A DNA stretch of 64,000 nt from the human T2T-CHM13v2.0 reference genome, Homo sapiens. Both the position numbers and the translations under genes were made by a program. The stretch lies in NCBI RefSeq assembly GCF_009914755.1, contig NC_060925.1. One strand, written 5' to 3'. This document shows positions 35,510-64,000 of the stretch, one piece after another. Under the pieces are notes generated by a model, which searched no databases, had not been told where the DNA came from, and worked only from the letters and a program-made list of their open reading frames with translations. Positions within the stretch are counted from its first letter, which is position 1; each line of letters opens with the position of its first letter.

Positions 35510-36139
35510 AGCCGGCCGTGGTGGCAAGTGCCTGAAATCCCAGGTACTCAGGAGGCTGAGGCAGGAGAATCACTTGAGCCCGGGAAGTGGAGGTTGCACT
35601 GAGCTGAGACCATGGAATTGCACTGCAGCATGGGCAACAAGAGTCAAACTCCCTCTAAAAAAAAAAAAAAAAAAAGGGCCAGGTGGCACATGCCGGTGGT
35701 CCCAGCTTCTTGGCTTGGAGGCTGAGGTAGGAGGATCGCCTGAGCATGGGAGGCAGAGGTTGCAGTGAGCCAAGATCGCACCATTGCACTCCAGCCTGGA
35801 TGATAGAGTGAGACTGTACCTCTAAATAACCAAAACCTTGATTACAGCCATGGGGTGGGGGTGGGGGTCAGGGGCGTCTGACTATGGCTGGGGAACTCAT
35901 TTGGTTTTTCTCCTCTCTTATTTTTTTGGGTAGAGACAGGGTCCCTTTGTTGCCCAGGCTGGTCTCCAACTCCTGGGCTCAAGCAATCCTCCTGCCTCGG
36001 CTTCCTAAAGTGTTGGGATTACAGGCTTGAGCCACCGTGCCTGGTCTGTTTTTTTTTTTTTTTTGGCAATAGAGTCTTGCTCGCCCAGGGTGGAGTGCAG
36101 TGGTGTGATCTCGGCTCACTGCAACCTCCACCTTCAGGG

Positions 36140-36572
36140 TGTCAGGCCTCTGGGCCCAAGCTAAGCCATCATATCTCCTGTGACCTGCACTTATACATCC
36201 AGATGGCCTGAAGCAACTGAAGATCCACAAAATAAGTGAAAAGAGCCTTAACTGATGACATTCCACCATTGTGATTTGTTTCTGCCCCACCCTAGCTGAT
36301 CAATGTACTTTGCAATCTCCCCCACCCTTAAGAAGGTTCTTTGTCATTCTCCCCACCCTTGAGAATGTACTTTGTGAGATCCATCCCCTGCCCGCAAAAC
36401 ATTGTCCCTAACTCCACCGCCTATCCCAAAACCTGTAAGAACTAGTGATAATCCCACCACCCTTTGCTGACTCTCTTTTTGAACTCAGCCCGCCTGCACC
36501 CAGGTGAAATAAACAGCCTTGTTGCTCACACAAAGCCTGTTTGGTTGTCTCTTCACACAGATGCACATGACA
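36140..36572 (+). mobile_element. Solo LTR7-like (HERV-H) LTR inserted into an Alu
   Basis: TGTCAGGCCTCTG..CCCAAGCTAAGCCATCA start, ..CATGACA end, AATAAA 36508-36513, 5-bp TSD CAGGG (36135-36139 and 36573-36577). Confidence 0.88.
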
Positions 36573-36875
36573 CAGGGTTCAAGCAATTTTCATGCCTAAA
36601 CGTCTGGAGTAGCTGGGATTACAGGCGCATGCCACCATGCCCAGGTTAATTTTTGTATTTTTGGCAGAGACGGGGGTTTCACCATGTTGGCCAGGCTGGT
36701 CTCAAACTCCTGTTTTCAGGTGATCTGCCCACCTCGGCCTCCCAAAGTGCTGGGATTATGGGTGTGAGCCATTGTGCCTGGCTGGCATTTTCTGGCTTTT
36801 TTTTTTTTTTTTTTTTTTGAGACAGAGTCTCACTGTCGCCCAGACTGGAGTGCAGTGATGAGATCTCTGCAGCTG

Positions 36876-37746
36876 TGTTATATGTAAATTTTCTGTGCCA
36901 CCAAAGAAGTAGAACTCGAATATAAAGTTTTCTCAGCTAGATAATTTACTTCTATAGAAGGGGGGGTCTCATAGATGGAGCAATGGCAAGCGCTTGGACA
37001 AGGGAGGGGAAGGGGTTCTTATTCCTGACGCGGGTAGCCCCTACTGCTGTGTGGTTCCCCTATTGGCTAGGGTTAGACCGCAGTCTAAAGTAATGCCCAT
37101 TGGCTTTAAAGAGAGCAGGAGTATGGGCCAGAGTGGCGGGGTGAGTGGTTTGGCAGGAAAAACAGTTATGGGACGGGTAACTAAAGGTGACTCAGGTCAA
37201 AGCAGATGACCAGGGGAACAGATGTGAACTGTCAGTCCTCTGAGCCCAAGCCTGCACGTATACGTCCAGATGGCCTGAAGCAAGTGAAGAATCACAAAAT
37301 AAGTGAAAATGGCTGGTTCCTGCCTTAGGTGATGGCATTCCACCATTGTGATTTGTTCTTGCCCCACCTTAACTTCCTGGCTCAGAAGCTCCCCCAACTG
37401 AGCACCTTGTGACCCCCGCCCCTGCCTGCAAGAGAAAAACGCCCTTTGTCATTTTCCATTACCCACCCAAATCCTAGAAAACGGCCCCACCCCTATCTCC
37501 CTTCGTCGACTCTTGGGACTCAGCCCGCCTGCACCCAGGTGAAATAAACAGCCTTACTGCTCACACAAAACCTGTTTGGTGGACTCTTTACATGGACGCA
37601 CATGACATGAACTACTGATTAGAACTGGTGGAAAAAGTTGTTTATTGCAACTGCGAGGAAGTTAGACTTTAAAATGCAGAACAAAGACTGAACATACTGA
37701 CATACCGGTTCTTTGAAGGGAAATTTAGAATTCATTGTATATAACA
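36876..37746 (-). mobile_element. ERV1 LTR (LTR10-like) with nested LTR7-like insertion
   Basis: TGTTAT..ATAACA termini; minus strand begins TGTTATATACAATGAATTCTAAATTTCCCTTCAAAGAA; homologous to 13294-13482; no clean TSD. Confidence 0.65.
37230..37607 (+). mobile_element. Second solo LTR7-family LTR
   Basis: TGTCAG..TGAGCCCAAG start, CAGGTGAAATAAACAGCC, ..CATGACA end; 5-bp TSD TGAAC (37225-37229 and 37608-37612). Confidence 0.85.
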
Positions 37747-37829
37747 TTATTCAGGCTTAAAATAGTTTCCAATCCAGTGGGACGAGTCACTCCATATAAT
37801 TCTGTGAAGTCAACCATTCCTATCAAGGA

Positions 37830-62321
<24,492 letters not shown>

Positions 62322-62683
62322 GCACTGGCTAGGGAGGGGCAGGCCTCCTTCCTGCCCCTCGAGACACTCTTGGGAGATGCATTTTCCGTCTGGCTCACAG
62401 GGGGAGGGTGAGGCTTTGTACCCCAGCCCCTGCCCAGGCCACTGTGAGGGTGGGTGCTGGCTGAGCCCCTGGGGCAGAAGGAGTGGGGCAGGCGGGGTCT
62501 TTGTTCTCGGCTCCCACAGCAGAGCCAGGTGAGGGGGGGCCTGCCAGGACTAGACAGAAGTGGGGCGGCCTGAACCCTGCTTCCAGCCATGGCCAGGGGC
62601 CACGGAACCCGGCAGGGGTGTCTGAGGCCGCCCTGTCAGCTGGCCGGTCCAAGCCTGTGGCTGGAGCTGGTGTGTGTTTATCT

Positions 62684-62689
62684 AATAAA
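62684..62689 (+). terminator. ATAD3B poly(A) signal
   Basis: AATAAA ~360 nt after TAG, with a GT-rich element downstream. Confidence 0.8.
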
Positions 62690-62911
62690 GTCCCACAGGT
62701 GCCTCACCGCCGTGTCTCTCTATTGACTGACACTGCTCGGGGTTTCAGGGGCGCCCTAGCGTCCTCCTGGGGTCAAAGGTGACATAAGAGGCAGAGGCTG
62801 GAGCTTTCTGGAGAATTTACTGATCACAGAGCGGTGTGCTTCACATCAGCCTCGCGCCACATCCGAGTTGGGGTCTGAATGCTGCCCGGGACTGCCGCCT
62901 GCGCCCCACCA

Positions 62912-64000
<1,089 letters not shown>

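Overview
GC-rich, Alu-dense primate (most likely human 1p36.33) genomic DNA with three spliced genes on the + strand. These are VWA1/WARP (3 coding exons, 445 aa), ATAD3C (12 exons, 410/411 aa, N-terminally truncated, degenerate AAA+ motifs) and ATAD3B (16 exons, 648 aa, stop-loss C-terminal extension). I derived the exon boundaries from GT/AG sites and the summed lengths close in frame. ATAD3C and ATAD3B are tandem paralogues, so comparing them exposes their rearrangement history. ATAD3C has a frameshift-created start codon, a microhomology exon fusion and lost exons. The two copies also differ by an Alu-bounded intronic inversion, share gene-conversion-like tracts, and show a head-to-tail duplication junction. 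A decayed ERV1 provirus (gag, pol, LTR) lies where ATAD3C exon 1 should be, and two solo LTR7-like elements with TSDs lie before ATAD3B. The most speculative observation is a possible relic multi-exon gene on the minus strand between VWA1 and ATAD3C. Most ORF-track entries are GC-rich, Alu or low-complexity artefacts. No prokaryotic-type system, CRISPR array, rRNA or tRNA is supported.
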